Positions 1-9,471 of a DNA stretch of 64,000 nt are shown here, piece by piece. Where the stretch lies: IMG/VR virus record IMGVR_UViG_3300042564_002458, positions 56,922-120,921 of that record; one strand, written 5' to 3'. The notes under the pieces were generated by a model that saw only the letters and a list, made by a program, of their open reading frames with translations, was not told the origin of the DNA and searched no databases. The DNA is from a virus. The position numbers and the translations under genes are program-made. Every line of letters starts with the position of its first letter. The stretch's first letter is position 1.

Positions 1-90
1 ACACATATGATTGTAAACACGAATCATACTATCATTCAATTCACTAACACTACGGTAAGATAAACTACTCATTTAAGTCTCCTATTTAAA

Positions 91-384
91 TTAAATCCAC
101 TTTAGTGAAAACGCAATTGATTCAGAATCATCACGTAAATAAATTCGTGTACAATATGAATCATTTTGCCAACACCATCGTGAGTTACTACAACTAACAT
201 CATCAAACAAATCATGATTATCATAAGAATTCACTTCTTTACTGGGACCCCAATGAGCCCAACACCATTCACTCATTTTACAAAAGTTAATTCTATCGTT
301 TTTGTTATTAACCGATAACTGAACATAATATTTCCAATAAGAATATCCAACATTACGTTTGTCTAATTTTTTAATTTTGATCAT
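91..384 (-). CDS. small phage protein, FxLxW paralog family
   Basis: WCxxHWG...W...FSLKWI pattern shared with ORFs at 5.6-8.3 kb. Confidence 0.75.
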   Translation of the reverse strand: MIKIKKLDKRNVGYSYWKYYVQLSVNNKNDRINFCKMSEWCWAHWGPSKEVNSYDNHDLFDDVSCSNSRWCWQNDSYCTRIYLRDDSESIAFSLKWI

Positions 385-388
385 AATA

Positions 389-595
389 TTACATCCATCT
401 TAGATTAAACATTACAAAATCTTTTTCACTATGAAATACAAAACTCCAACTATCCACATAATATGAATGTGGAGGATCGGTAAAATACCAATTTTCAGTA
501 CAATTCTTTTCACACCAATCAAGAATATTGGTCAATGATCCATGTTTAACAGAGATTGTAACTCTACAAGTATTATCCTTGATATTTTGTAACAT
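389..595 (-). CDS. small phage protein, FxLxW paralog family
   Basis: DWCEKN...FHSEKDFVMFNLRW. Confidence 0.75.
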   Translation of the reverse strand: MLQNIKDNTCRVTISVKHGSLTNILDWCEKNCTENWYFTDPPHSYYVDSWSFVFHSEKDFVMFNLRWM

Positions 596-1061
596 TCACT
601 CCACTTTTAGTTAAGAACTCTAGTCCCAATTCATTCTTATATGTATCATGATAATATACAGTAAATATTCCAGCCTGATAGATCATTTTTGCACAATCTA
701 TACAGGGAGCATGTGTACAAAATAATGTTGCTCCTTCACTAGATATAGTACTCTTGGCAATTTTCATCAAAGCATTAGCTTCGCTATGAAGCACCTCTGG
801 TTTAGTTTTAAGTTTAATCCAATTGCTATTATCAGTTTGAGTGTATCCTAAGGATACCATATCAGTACCCATAACTTCTTCATTGATAACAAAAACAGTA
901 TCTTCACAGTTGTTGTCCCAACCACTGGGTGTTCCATTGTATCCAAATGTCACTACATTGTCTTTGACAATTACAGTACCAACTTTTAATCTGACTGCAC
1001 TACTCAATTGACTTACTGATTGAGCCATGTTCATATATAAATCAATGAATTTCTGTTTCAT
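573..1061 (-). CDS. dCMP deaminase
   Basis: GYNGTPSG, HSEANA, PCIDC zinc-deaminase motifs. Confidence 0.92.
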   Translation of the reverse strand: MKQKFIDLYMNMAQSVSQLSSAVRLKVGTVIVKDNVVTFGYNGTPSGWDNNCEDTVFVINEEVMGTDMVSLGYTQTDNSNWIKLKTKPEVLHSEANALMKIAKSTISSEGATLFCTHAPCIDCAKMIYQAGIFTVYYHDTYKNELGLEFLTKSGVNVTKYQG

Positions 1062-1320
1062 TTTTTACCAAATAGTTGTCACAAATCCAACGATCACAAA
1101 TTTCATGTGATTTAAAATAGTATAATGGACTACCGTTGGGTATATTAAATCTATCACAAAATGCCTGACCATAACGTTTACCCTTCAGTACATCAATTAC
1201 ATAATAGTGTTTGAATTCTGTATATTGTTCTTGAGTTATAGTGTGATATATATCATCTTTAAAAGAGATAGGAATCATATTTAAATCATGATAATGTTGT
1301 ACGTCTTGCAAGTTGATCAT
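1042..1320 (-). CDS. hypothetical phage protein
   Basis: ORF packed in the operon; RYGQAFC motif. Confidence 0.6.
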   Translation of the reverse strand: MINLQDVQHYHDLNMIPISFKDDIYHTITQEQYTEFKHYYVIDVLKGKRYGQAFCDRFNIPNGSPLYYFKSHEICDRWICDNYLVKNETEIH

Positions 1321-1646
1321 TATTCTTCAACTCGTTCAATTTTACCATCAATAATAAAGAACGGTACATTTAATGGAGTTTCTTTAACATGACCAATATA
1401 TCCAGCATAATTCAAACTATAGTTTTTAGCTGTTTCTTCTAATGTATTACCTTGACTGGCAAATGAATCATCTTCCATAAAATATAGATAATGTTGATCC
1501 TCTACAATCTCATGTTTTAGAAATTCAATTTGATCAGTAATCATATTGGACAATTCTTTGATCATTTTGTCATAACAATATTGATAACCTACATATCCAC
1601 CAACTGAAAGACCAATTATAAATGATAATGGGATTAACATATCCAT
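1320..1646 (-). CDS. hypothetical membrane-anchored protein
   Basis: N-terminal hydrophobic helix. Confidence 0.6.
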   Translation of the reverse strand: MDMLIPLSFIIGLSVGGYVGYQYCYDKMIKELSNMITDQIEFLKHEIVEDQHYLYFMEDDSFASQGNTLEETAKNYSLNYAGYIGHVKETPLNVPFFIIDGKIERVEE

Positions 1647-1648
1647 AA

Positions 1649-1927
1649 TTATTCCATATTCTTTAGATTAAGAGTGCTCCATTGACTAAGTTTTTTAAAC
1701 TTACGTTGTTTGGCTTCTAATAATCTTTCTAATGATATTTCACCTTGATTAGTTAAGATATCAATCATTGCCAATACATCTCCAATCTCTTGTTCTAGAC
1801 GATCTAGATTAGATTGTTGTAAATACATACCATGTAATCCAAATCTAAAACATTTACTTGTGGCTTGTACAACTTCGGCACATTCTTCTTGTAATATTAG
1901 CAATGCTTCTTTGGTAGATTCTTTCAT
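1649..1927 (-). CDS. MazG-like nucleotide pyrophosphohydrolase
   Basis: QEECAEVVQA...EIGDVL all-alpha NTP-PPase motif; start MKEST chosen. Confidence 0.8.
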   Translation of the reverse strand: MKESTKEALLILQEECAEVVQATSKCFRFGLHGMYLQQSNLDRLEQEIGDVLAMIDILTNQGEISLERLLEAKQRKFKKLSQWSTLNLKNME

Positions 1928-2028
1928 AATAGTATATTTGAAATTAGTAAGAGACTTTTGTATAGTGTCTCTCAAACTATTTAATTATATTAATATTGTG
2001 TCGGGAATTTCACCCGATACTAATATAA

Positions 2029-2289
2029 TTACGCTACTAAACCAGCAGCCAAAGCACGATAACCAGCCGAGATAACTTTACGTGTTGGTGTACCGATACG
2101 ATAACGAGTTACTGATTGACCCTTGCTGTTTTTACGTGAGTTAGCATAAACAGCATAGCCAGCGAAACGAATATCGCTAACAGTTGCAGTTGGGTTCTTG
2201 ATGTCAAAACGAGCTGCAATTTGAGCTGCAGTAAGTTGTTCACCATTCAAGAGTGCTTCGGTAAGTTTAGATTGTTTAGTTACTTGCAT
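2029..2289 (-). CDS. helix-turn-helix DNA-binding protein
   Basis: LTAAQIAARF...VSDIR wHTH-like pattern; strong RBS; own promoter. Confidence 0.65.
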   Translation of the reverse strand: MQVTKQSKLTEALLNGEQLTAAQIAARFDIKNPTATVSDIRFAGYAVYANSRKNSKGQSVTRYRIGTPTRKVISAGYRALAAGLVA

Positions 2290-2338
2290 TTTATTTCCTT
2301 TTTAAGTTGTCACTGCAACAATGTTACAGCGTGATACT

Positions 2339-2367
2339 ATTATAACATGACTTGTAATAATAGTCAA
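2339..2367 (-). promoter_or_regulatory. sigma70-like promoter
   Basis: TTGACT-N17-TATAAT. Confidence 0.75.
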
Positions 2368-2397
2368 TGTAAAATGGACACATAGTGTCCATTTTAA

Positions 2398-3246
2398 TTA
2401 TACTTCAATGATCTTTGGATAGTATGGATCAGTTTCCTGTGAACCACGTTCATAACCAACATAACCACGTGGGTGGGCCATGATTCGTGTTTCACCAATC
2501 ATATAATCAAATTCATCATGTGTATGTCCATGAACCCAAACTTTGATTTGTGGACGATCCAAAATAAACTCAGATAAATCAGTACTATAAGCACCATTCA
2601 TATAACGATCATCAGCATAACGTGGATGTGTACTAAGTTTACTTGGTGCATGATGACCGATTACAAAGAACTTTTCATCTGACTTTTCGGCTGTTACATG
2701 ACGAATATAATCCAATGTCTTATAGTGACGAACAATGGTATCGGCTGGACGTAAACGTCTAAATTCATCCTGTTCAACACGAATAATACGAAAATCATTC
2801 ATACTTGAATCAATAACTTTAAGCGTTAATGGATCAGATTTATTGCAATCAGTCCATAATGTTCCACCGATAAATGTTACATCATCAAGTTTAAATACAT
2901 CATTTTCCATAAAATGAACATTATGAAATTTTTTACATTCATCTTTTAATATATCTAAAGTTTGTACCCATTTACCATTATAAAACTCATGATTGCCAGC
3001 AACATATAATACATGAGGAAACTCTGTACTACAACGCTTTAAAAAGTCCCGAAATTTCTGTGATTGTTGATAACGACCAGGCAAATTATTAACCCACTCT
3101 GGTTTCATAACATCTTCTGGAAAGTCATGCATATCAGCGGCAACCATAATATCACCAGCCAATATCAATACATCCGAGTTTTCTGTATTTTTAATATTCA
3201 AATCACCAAATTCTAGATGAAGATCACTACAAAGCGCCGCTTTCAT
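2398..3246 (-). CDS. calcineurin-like metallophosphoesterase
   Basis: SDLH, GDI, GNHE, HH, GHTH motifs. Confidence 0.9.
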   Translation of the reverse strand: MKAALCSDLHLEFGDLNIKNTENSDVLILAGDIMVAADMHDFPEDVMKPEWVNNLPGRYQQSQKFRDFLKRCSTEFPHVLYVAGNHEFYNGKWVQTLDILKDECKKFHNVHFMENDVFKLDDVTFIGGTLWTDCNKSDPLTLKVIDSSMNDFRIIRVEQDEFRRLRPADTIVRHYKTLDYIRHVTAEKSDEKFFVIGHHAPSKLSTHPRYADDRYMNGAYSTDLSEFILDRPQIKVWVHGHTHDEFDYMIGETRIMAHPRGYVGYERGSQETDPYYPKIIEV

Positions 3247-3248
3247 AA

Positions 3249-3662
3249 TTATTCCTTAACTCTATTTTCTCTTTCATTTTGATGTTCATCACATAATGTG
3301 ATAATCCACCCTGATTGATTACTCTTTCCTGGTCTGCCGCACTGTTCGCAGATACGACCACTCATTGACTCAGCAAACCAAATCATACCATCTATCAGTC
3401 TGTCACCACCACTAGTGTAAAAACGTAGTGTGCCAAACTTTTCTTTGACCTGATCTGCCACTACCTGTGGAATAACTCTAGTCTCTGAACTGTTGTTGTC
3501 AATGTAGCTTTGAATATTCCAACATAATGTATCAATTAAATCATACCAACCATCACCAACGGATAAACCCCAATACATGCATGATTGAGTCATATCTTTG
3601 TCAACATTAACAAAAATCTTGGGATATTTCTTACATAGTTTAGATTCTAATTCTGGACTCAT
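3249..3662 (-). CDS. conserved phage protein
   Basis: GDGW...QVKEKFGTLRFY...CEQCG...LCDEH pattern. Confidence 0.7.
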   Translation of the reverse strand: MSPELESKLCKKYPKIFVNVDKDMTQSCMYWGLSVGDGWYDLIDTLCWNIQSYIDNNSSETRVIPQVVADQVKEKFGTLRFYTSGGDRLIDGMIWFAESMSGRICEQCGRPGKSNQSGWIITLCDEHQNERENRVKE

Positions 3663-3663
3663 A

Positions 3664-3990
3664 TTATTCTCCCATAAAATTTGATTCAAGATTAATGATC
3701 TTAATTGATCCTTTATCTCCTAAATCGTTAACAAAACCGTTAAAAATACTTGAAGTATATCCACTCATACCAATATTATGTTTACCACAATTGTAAATAC
3801 TTCCGCTTGCATTATGAATTTCATAATGATTATCATGTTCTACAATGTTAGTGATACCTGAACTTAATTTCCAACGATCACTACCTAAATAACCACCATA
3901 CCAACTGGCTAATACTTTACGAGTACTTTCTTCATCTTCATTAAATTTTAGTTCTACAATTACCCAACTATCAGGTGTATATGTGCTCAT
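3664..3990 (-). CDS. conserved phage protein
   Basis: YTPDSW...WYGGYLGSDRWKLSSGI. Confidence 0.7.
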   Translation of the reverse strand: MSTYTPDSWVIVELKFNEDEESTRKVLASWYGGYLGSDRWKLSSGITNIVEHDNHYEIHNASGSIYNCGKHNIGMSGYTSSIFNGFVNDLGDKGSIKIINLESNFMGE

Positions 3991-4010
3991 TTTTAATCCT
4001 AAAGTTATTG

Positions 4011-4859
4011 TTAAATATCATCATATTGTATAATTTGTCTAGTATCCATATTAATAATTACTCCATCATAATTTAGATATTTTTTAAACAAATAGTTATA
4101 AGTATTATACTCTGAATCGTTTACTAAAATAACATCATATATTTCATATTTATATTTTGATAAATGATCACTGAATGGTTCAGTCAATATATGTTTTTGA
4201 AATAAAGATGGGCATTTTTTTATTTTAATAAAATCATTATCATGGTCAATAGGCAGATAAAATAGATTTTTTATTTTTGGTAATGGATATCTACCCCACC
4301 AATATGAATATAAACCCCAAAACTCTGCATGAAATCTATAAGTCGGACTTAATTTCATTGGATCAATCAATTGTTTGACATATTCTGATTTGAACCAAAA
4401 GAAATTTCCCTTAAAATGCCAATGAAATAATGATCCAACAAAATCTGAACCACAATCTAAATGATAACGACATAGATCACTATGATCAACTACACCATAC
4501 ATCATTAATGTAGACCAGTTTAAGCTATTGTGATATTCTGAACCATTCGGTCTACTAGCACCCTTACAATGAAGATATAATCCATAAAAATCTAAAGTAG
4601 ATGAATCTTTCCAAAGTTTCTGAAGAGCAGGATATTCATATGATGTTGCATCCAATCCGGTATCAAAATATTCAATATCTAAATTACTATTAGTTAAAAA
4701 ATCATATTTTCCCCAGTTAAGAGAATGTACAATAATTATTTTTTCATATTTCAAATTACTATTTTGTATACTATTAATAATATGTAATAAACTAGATTTA
4801 GTATTAATCATTTCAATTACTGAAATATAAATTCGTACTGGTTTCACGTTTAATCCCAA
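4011..4859 (-). CDS. putative glycosyltransferase-like protein
   Basis: YEYPAL, YLHCKG, GNFFW, AEFW motifs; very AT-rich; start uncertain. Confidence 0.45.
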   Translation of the reverse strand: MGLNVKPVRIYISVIEMINTKSSLLHIINSIQNSNLKYEKIIIVHSLNWGKYDFLTNSNLDIEYFDTGLDATSYEYPALQKLWKDSSTLDFYGLYLHCKGASRPNGSEYHNSLNWSTLMMYGVVDHSDLCRYHLDCGSDFVGSLFHWHFKGNFFWFKSEYVKQLIDPMKLSPTYRFHAEFWGLYSYWWGRYPLPKIKNLFYLPIDHDNDFIKIKKCPSLFQKHILTEPFSDHLSKYKYEIYDVILVNDSEYNTYNYLFKKYLNYDGVIINMDTRQIIQYDDI

Positions 4860-5551
4860 AGACCTTGATAATATTTACCAAACAAACGAAAACCATTCTG
4901 AATACGATCTTGTACTAGTTTCATACCATCATAATCACATTCATATGTATGATTCGGGCCATCTGCCATCTGATAAAGTTTGGCATCTTCTTCTGGTACT
5001 GGGTTGCCATCTCGATCAACCGGTAACCAAACAGTATCAAAGTTTCCTGAACGGAACGCATCTTCCCACGAATCGTCTAGCTCACATTCAAATGCAAAGA
5101 TCATTTCATCTATGACCCAATCCCAGCGTTTAAAATGATTATCATCTGTATCATATTCATTTTCTTTTGGTGATGCTTCTGTACTACGCAGATTCATGTT
5201 CTCCGGTACATCTTCGTCATCAACAAATGGAGCACCGTGCTTAGTTTCTTTCAATTGTTTAAGCATTGGAAGAATGATATATGCCAATGTATGATCCATT
5301 GACCACGTATCCCAACGATCAATTTTTACTTTGATTGTACGTTGACGTTTAGATTCAACCCACAAACAAAATTTTTGTAGTAATGAATCTTTGTCGTCTC
5401 CCCCGGATAGCCAAGTACCAAAATTATGAACCCAGTCCGGTTTACGTTTGAATCCATATTCATCTGTTTCTTTTTTAGCCCAAAAGCATAGCATTTCCGC
5501 GATTTGGTAGGGACCAATCCAGTTCTTATACTTTCCAATTTTAACTTTCAT
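4850..5551 (-). CDS. conserved myophage protein
   Basis: WDTWSMDHTLAYII...GFRLFGKYYQGLWD. Confidence 0.75.
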   Translation of the reverse strand: MKVKIGKYKNWIGPYQIAEMLCFWAKKETDEYGFKRKPDWVHNFGTWLSGGDDKDSLLQKFCLWVESKRQRTIKVKIDRWDTWSMDHTLAYIILPMLKQLKETKHGAPFVDDEDVPENMNLRSTEASPKENEYDTDDNHFKRWDWVIDEMIFAFECELDDSWEDAFRSGNFDTVWLPVDRDGNPVPEEDAKLYQMADGPNHTYECDYDGMKLVQDRIQNGFRLFGKYYQGLWD

Positions 5552-5576
5552 TTTTATCCTAAATCTATTATACTCT

Positions 5577-5605
5577 ATTATACTCTATTAATGAGTTATT
5601 GTCAA
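5577..5605 (-). promoter_or_regulatory. sigma70-like promoter
   Basis: TTGACA-N17-TATAAT. Confidence 0.8.
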
Positions 5606-5608
5606 GAA

Positions 5609-5911
5609 TTATAACCACCGCAAAATGAACAACGCGGCCTGTTTTTCATCATGAAATCCGAATACATCATTCCATCCATAATTTATACCATTACCACTCA
5701 TACGAGAGAATAATTCTTTATTGTTTACGTAATAGAAATCCCATGTAGTCCCAGGTGGTCCAAAATGGTCAATGGCCCAATCATAGGCTTGATTATAATC
5801 CAGACGTTTTTCTTCATTAAGTATAACTTCATGCTCAAATATTTCGTCTCTAGTAAAGTTAATCAATGCTCTTTTAACTCTACTATGTTTTGGAATGTAT
5901 CTTATTCCCAT
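5609..5911 (-). CDS. FxLxW family protein
   Basis: WAIDHFG...FHDEKQAALFILRW. Confidence 0.75.
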   Translation of the reverse strand: MGIRYIPKHSRVKRALINFTRDEIFEHEVILNEEKRLDYNQAYDWAIDHFGPPGTTWDFYYVNNKELFSRMSGNGINYGWNDVFGFHDEKQAALFILRWL

Positions 5912-6156
5912 TTTAATAAAAAAAATGTTAAATCTTCAGGATTTCTAAAATAGTACTTACTATGACCATCTATACTAACACACCATCTACTATCTGGAAC
6001 ACTTCTACGTTGAGCAATACCAAATTTTTTTGTACACCAACGATATATGTCAGCAGCCTCAAGATGATCAATATAATATAGATGATTTCTCACTCTACGA
6101 GCCGTCATCCAAACTGTACCATTACTATGATAATCTTCTCTAACAACAAATTTCAT
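5902..6156 (-). CDS. FxLxW family protein
   Basis: WCTKKFG...FRNPEDLTFFLLKW; ATGA-coupled start. Confidence 0.75.
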   Translation of the reverse strand: MKFVVREDYHSNGTVWMTARRVRNHLYYIDHLEAADIYRWCTKKFGIAQRRSVPDSRWCVSIDGHSKYYFRNPEDLTFFLLKWE

Positions 6157-6362
6157 GACCATTTCAATAAAAATAATGTGGCATCACTTTCTTTGTTAAA
6201 TTCCGCCTCAAACTCAAACCATGGATCCGAATCTACACGATCAACAGTCCACTCTAGTTCTATTATACGAAAATTTATAAAACTTGTACAGTGTTCATTT
6301 ATCCAATCCACAACTTCCTGTACATCAAAGTCATTGATAATTTTAATCTTGACTACGACCAT
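6153..6362 (-). CDS. FxLxW family protein
   Basis: WINEHC...FNKESDATLFLLKWS. Confidence 0.75.
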   Translation of the reverse strand: MVVVKIKIINDFDVQEVVDWINEHCTSFINFRIIELEWTVDRVDSDPWFEFEAEFNKESDATLFLLKWS

Positions 6363-6634
6363 TTTAATATAAATGCAGTTAATACTAGAGGATCATAAAT
6401 TTTTAATGACAACCCAACAATATCAACCGAATTAATAATACACCATCTATTTAATTCGTCAAAATTATTATTCCAATATGCTACATCGGTTAAAATTATT
6501 GAAGTATAATTAACGTCTTCTTCCAAATATTCTTCTGGAACCAAATAGAATTTATGTCCTTTCATTTCTGTCAATACATCAATATGATCTTTTAACCAAT
6601 GGTTACGTTGTGATTGATATTCGTCTGAATTCAT
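6353..6634 (-). CDS. FxLxW family protein
   Basis: RWC...LTAFILKWS. Confidence 0.7.
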   Translation of the reverse strand: MNSDEYQSQRNHWLKDHIDVLTEMKGHKFYLVPEEYLEEDVNYTSIILTDVAYWNNNFDELNRWCIINSVDIVGLSLKIYDPLVLTAFILKWS

Positions 6635-6840
6635 AATATCCACTTTAATGTAAATATCAAAGCATCTTTGCTCTGAGTAAATGTAAATGTTCCATCAAAC
6701 AAATCAAGACACCATTGACCGTCAATCCATCTGTCACCGGCCATAATACATGATCCAAAATTATCTGTGCACCAATCTTTCATTTCATATATTTTTTGAA
6801 TACTAGAATCATTTTCAAATGATATTGGAATTTTTGTCAT
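6631..6840 (-). CDS. FxLxW family protein
   Basis: WCTDNFG...FTQSKDALIFTLKW. Confidence 0.75.
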   Translation of the reverse strand: MTKIPISFENDSSIQKIYEMKDWCTDNFGSCIMAGDRWIDGQWCLDLFDGTFTFTQSKDALIFTLKWIL

Positions 6841-7082
6841 GACCATCTCAATAAAAATAAAAGTGCTGATTTCTCATCTGGTATACTCACAGTAACATGT
6901 AAGGTCGTTCCGACACTATTTGTTCTAGTTCCATGACCTCTCCATATATAGTCAATATTGTGTTCTTTCAACCAGTTACATATCTGATTCATAAAGATAG
7001 ATGCATCACCATACTTACTACGATCTCCGTATACTGTACGGTCTGTATCAGGTCTCTGTAACTCACCAACATAATAAGTCAT
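6837..7082 (-). CDS. FxLxW family protein
   Basis: WLKEH...DEKSALLFLLRWS. Confidence 0.75.
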   Translation of the reverse strand: MTYYVGELQRPDTDRTVYGDRSKYGDASIFMNQICNWLKEHNIDYIWRGHGTRTNSVGTTLHVTVSIPDEKSALLFLLRWS

Positions 7083-7083
7083 A

Positions 7084-7296
7084 CTATGACCACTTTAACA
7101 TAAAAAGTAATTGTGTTTCTTCATCTACATGTTCAGTTAACTCAATGATATAAGTATTCATATAAGTATTACAACGAATACACCAACCAATACCATTGAT
7201 ATTACTACCAGAATTTGGTAATCTCTCACCTACTTTTTCAATGAGCCAATTTAAAACTTTGGCAGTGTCTTCAACATTTGTTTTTTCTATTTTCAT
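7084..7296 (-). CDS. FxLxW family protein
   Basis: WLIEKVG...LLFMLKWS. Confidence 0.75.
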   Translation of the reverse strand: MKIEKTNVEDTAKVLNWLIEKVGERLPNSGSNINGIGWCIRCNTYMNTYIIELTEHVDEETQLLFMLKWS

Positions 7297-7547
7297 GACC
7301 ATTTCAATGTAAATAATAATGCATCCTGCTCATGATCAAATGAGAATATGTATGTGACCTGTTCACGACCTCTGCCATCATACACACATTGCCACGTTCC
7401 ATCACGCCCAAAGTTTGGCCGATCAACAATACTAAATCTCATACCAAACTGTTTGTGACACCATGTACACATTCTTTCAATCTCAACGTTGGATTTAGCG
7501 TGTATCATAACATTATGAGTTAATCGTTCTTTTTTGCCAACTATCAT
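7293..7547 (-). CDS. FxLxW family protein
   Basis: WCHKQFG...FDHEQDALLFTLKWS. Confidence 0.75.
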   Translation of the reverse strand: MIVGKKERLTHNVMIHAKSNVEIERMCTWCHKQFGMRFSIVDRPNFGRDGTWQCVYDGRGREQVTYIFSFDHEQDALLFTLKWS

Positions 7548-7786
7548 GACCATTTCAGTGAAAACATTAATGCGTGTTTTGCATCTTTAAAAGCCCAACG
7601 ATCATATAATGATCTTCTTGATCTTGCCAATATTGGATTATATAATGCTATAAAATCCTCTTCCCACTTCAACTTTTGATTATTACAAAGCCAACGATAT
7701 TTTATCCATTGATCTGATTCAGTTTCAGATACACATTGTACTACATGTGGATATTCTCGTAATACATCGTCTACATATGGAAACAT
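7544..7786 (-). CDS. FxLxW family protein
   Basis: WLCNN...FKDAKHALMFSLKWS. Confidence 0.75.
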   Translation of the reverse strand: MFPYVDDVLREYPHVVQCVSETESDQWIKYRWLCNNQKLKWEEDFIALYNPILARSRRSLYDRWAFKDAKHALMFSLKWS

Positions 7787-8001
7787 TATAGATACTTAAT
7801 AGCAAACCAACTGGCAATAGATTCTTGATAAAATGTAAATACAACTGATTTTGGAATTTTTATTCCTCCATGATAATCATTTTCACATGGAATATAAGCA
7901 AAGTCAAAATCTTTATGACTAACCAAATCACGTTTTTTTAAATCATGAACCATATCAAAAATCTCATGTATATCTTTATCAAATAATTTAATCTCTATCA
8001 T
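7786..8001 (-). CDS. FxLxW family protein (divergent)
   Basis: FYQESIASWFAIKY. Confidence 0.65.
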   Translation of the reverse strand: MIEIKLFDKDIHEIFDMVHDLKKRDLVSHKDFDFAYIPCENDYHGGIKIPKSVVFTFYQESIASWFAIKYL

Positions 8002-8255
8002 GACCATTTGATTGAAAACAATAACGCTGCTTCTTCTGTCTCAAACCATATTTTAGTTCCAGTCCAAACATAATGTGAATCACCAACTGTCTCTCTACAC
8101 CATTTATGTATTTCTACGTAAGTATCATTTAACTTTCTTGAAGAGTATTCAACTGAATAATATTCTTGATTTTCCAATAAATAATTCCAATCAATGATTG
8201 TTGGACTATTTTCAAATTTAATATTATCTAAAAATTCTCTTATTGATAGTTTCAT
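7998..8255 (-). CDS. FxLxW family protein
   Basis: WCRETVG...FETEEAALLFSIKWS; ATGA-coupled start. Confidence 0.75.
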   Translation of the reverse strand: MKLSIREFLDNIKFENSPTIIDWNYLLENQEYYSVEYSSRKLNDTYVEIHKWCRETVGDSHYVWTGTKIWFETEEAALLFSIKWS

Positions 8256-8617
8256 AACGTCACAAGATAACAAATCATACCAATATATGTTACTTGATGT
8301 AACAATTGATCTAACCCTAATAACCACCAAAACTGTTCATGAGTAGTTGGTCCCCATGTCATTTTCTTATTAAGTTTCATTTTTGCCCAATCAATATGAT
8401 AATGAATAATCATATCGACAATTGCCAATATAATAGCACTTGATACATCAATAATTATCACACATAAAAATGTTCCAATGCCATGTAACATGGCATGTAA
8501 CAATCCACCTGGGTGTCCATATGTTCCCTTGTTAGACCATTGATATTTGGTCTGTAATGGAAAATCAATAATAAAATGTTTTACTTGAAGTAATAACATC
8601 AATGTAATTAATATCAT
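8252..8617 (-). CDS. DUF3307-like membrane protein
   Basis: KHFIIDFPLQ...HYHIDWAK...DQLLHQ. Confidence 0.8.
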   Translation of the reverse strand: MILITLMLLLQVKHFIIDFPLQTKYQWSNKGTYGHPGGLLHAMLHGIGTFLCVIIIDVSSAIILAIVDMIIHYHIDWAKMKLNKKMTWGPTTHEQFWWLLGLDQLLHQVTYIGMICYLVTL

Positions 8618-9378
8618 GCAATTTCCTTGTTAAAATCAATCATCCACTCATCACTAGACATATAGTTAAAGTTCAATGAATGAGATTTATTCTCCCAAGA
8701 TCCTTTAATCTTGATTGATTCTGATGTGTCAAACATATGATCCCAAATATACTTAATCTGATTTTTACTATCAACATCAATCATAACTAAATTATTGGTT
8801 TCAATATCAATCAACCAATATTGATCTACTTTAAGTTGAACTGTATTACGTTTAACTTTCATGATTGGTTTCATGTAACGAGAAAAATTTGAATTAATAG
8901 AAACATAATTATGATTGTAATATGCATCTTTCATTTTAATTAATAGTTGATCTGTTTCATAATATTCTGGCAAACGATAAATTAATCCAGGTTTATCACT
9001 ATCATATGTCATTCTATCACTAGTAATAAATGTTAGAACTGATTTTTGAAATTCAGTAAGATCATCTTTAAGTTGTTTGATTAAGATATATTTACTAAAA
9101 TAATCTGCCACTAATTCTGCATTATCATAATCTATCTGAGTTAAATTAAGAGTATTGGATGCTTCTTTTAAATTAAGATAACGTTTTTCCCAATTATCTT
9201 TAAAATTTCTCCAAAGATGACAACTAATGGCCAACAAATCCTTATTAACTTTTATCTGTGAGGATGCAGAGCGATTTGAAAATATACTGCTATGACCATT
9301 TATTGGAAATTTCCCAATAGTAATACTTTTAGAACTGATTTTGGGTGATGGATTCCATAAAATTTGAGTATTTGCCAT
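8614..9378 (-). CDS. hypothetical protein
   Basis: 254-aa ORF downstream of a promoter, with RBS. Confidence 0.7.
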   Translation of the reverse strand: MANTQILWNPSPKISSKSITIGKFPINGHSSIFSNRSASSQIKVNKDLLAISCHLWRNFKDNWEKRYLNLKEASNTLNLTQIDYDNAELVADYFSKYILIKQLKDDLTEFQKSVLTFITSDRMTYDSDKPGLIYRLPEYYETDQLLIKMKDAYYNHNYVSINSNFSRYMKPIMKVKRNTVQLKVDQYWLIDIETNNLVMIDVDSKNQIKYIWDHMFDTSESIKIKGSWENKSHSLNFNYMSSDEWMIDFNKEIA

Positions 9379-9421
9379 GATTAATTCCTAAAATAATATC
9401 AGAATAGATATCTATTCTGAT

Positions 9422-9450
9422 ATTATAATTGATAATTGATTTACCGTCAA
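9422..9450 (-). promoter_or_regulatory. sigma70-like promoter
   Basis: TTGACG-N17-TATAAT. Confidence 0.8.
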
Positions 9451-9471
9451 TGACTTTTGGATGATTGAAAA

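Noticed and set aside
5563-5590. 10-bp tandem repeat CTATTATACT
   Set aside because: Local duplication of the -10 region; no further evidence of function.
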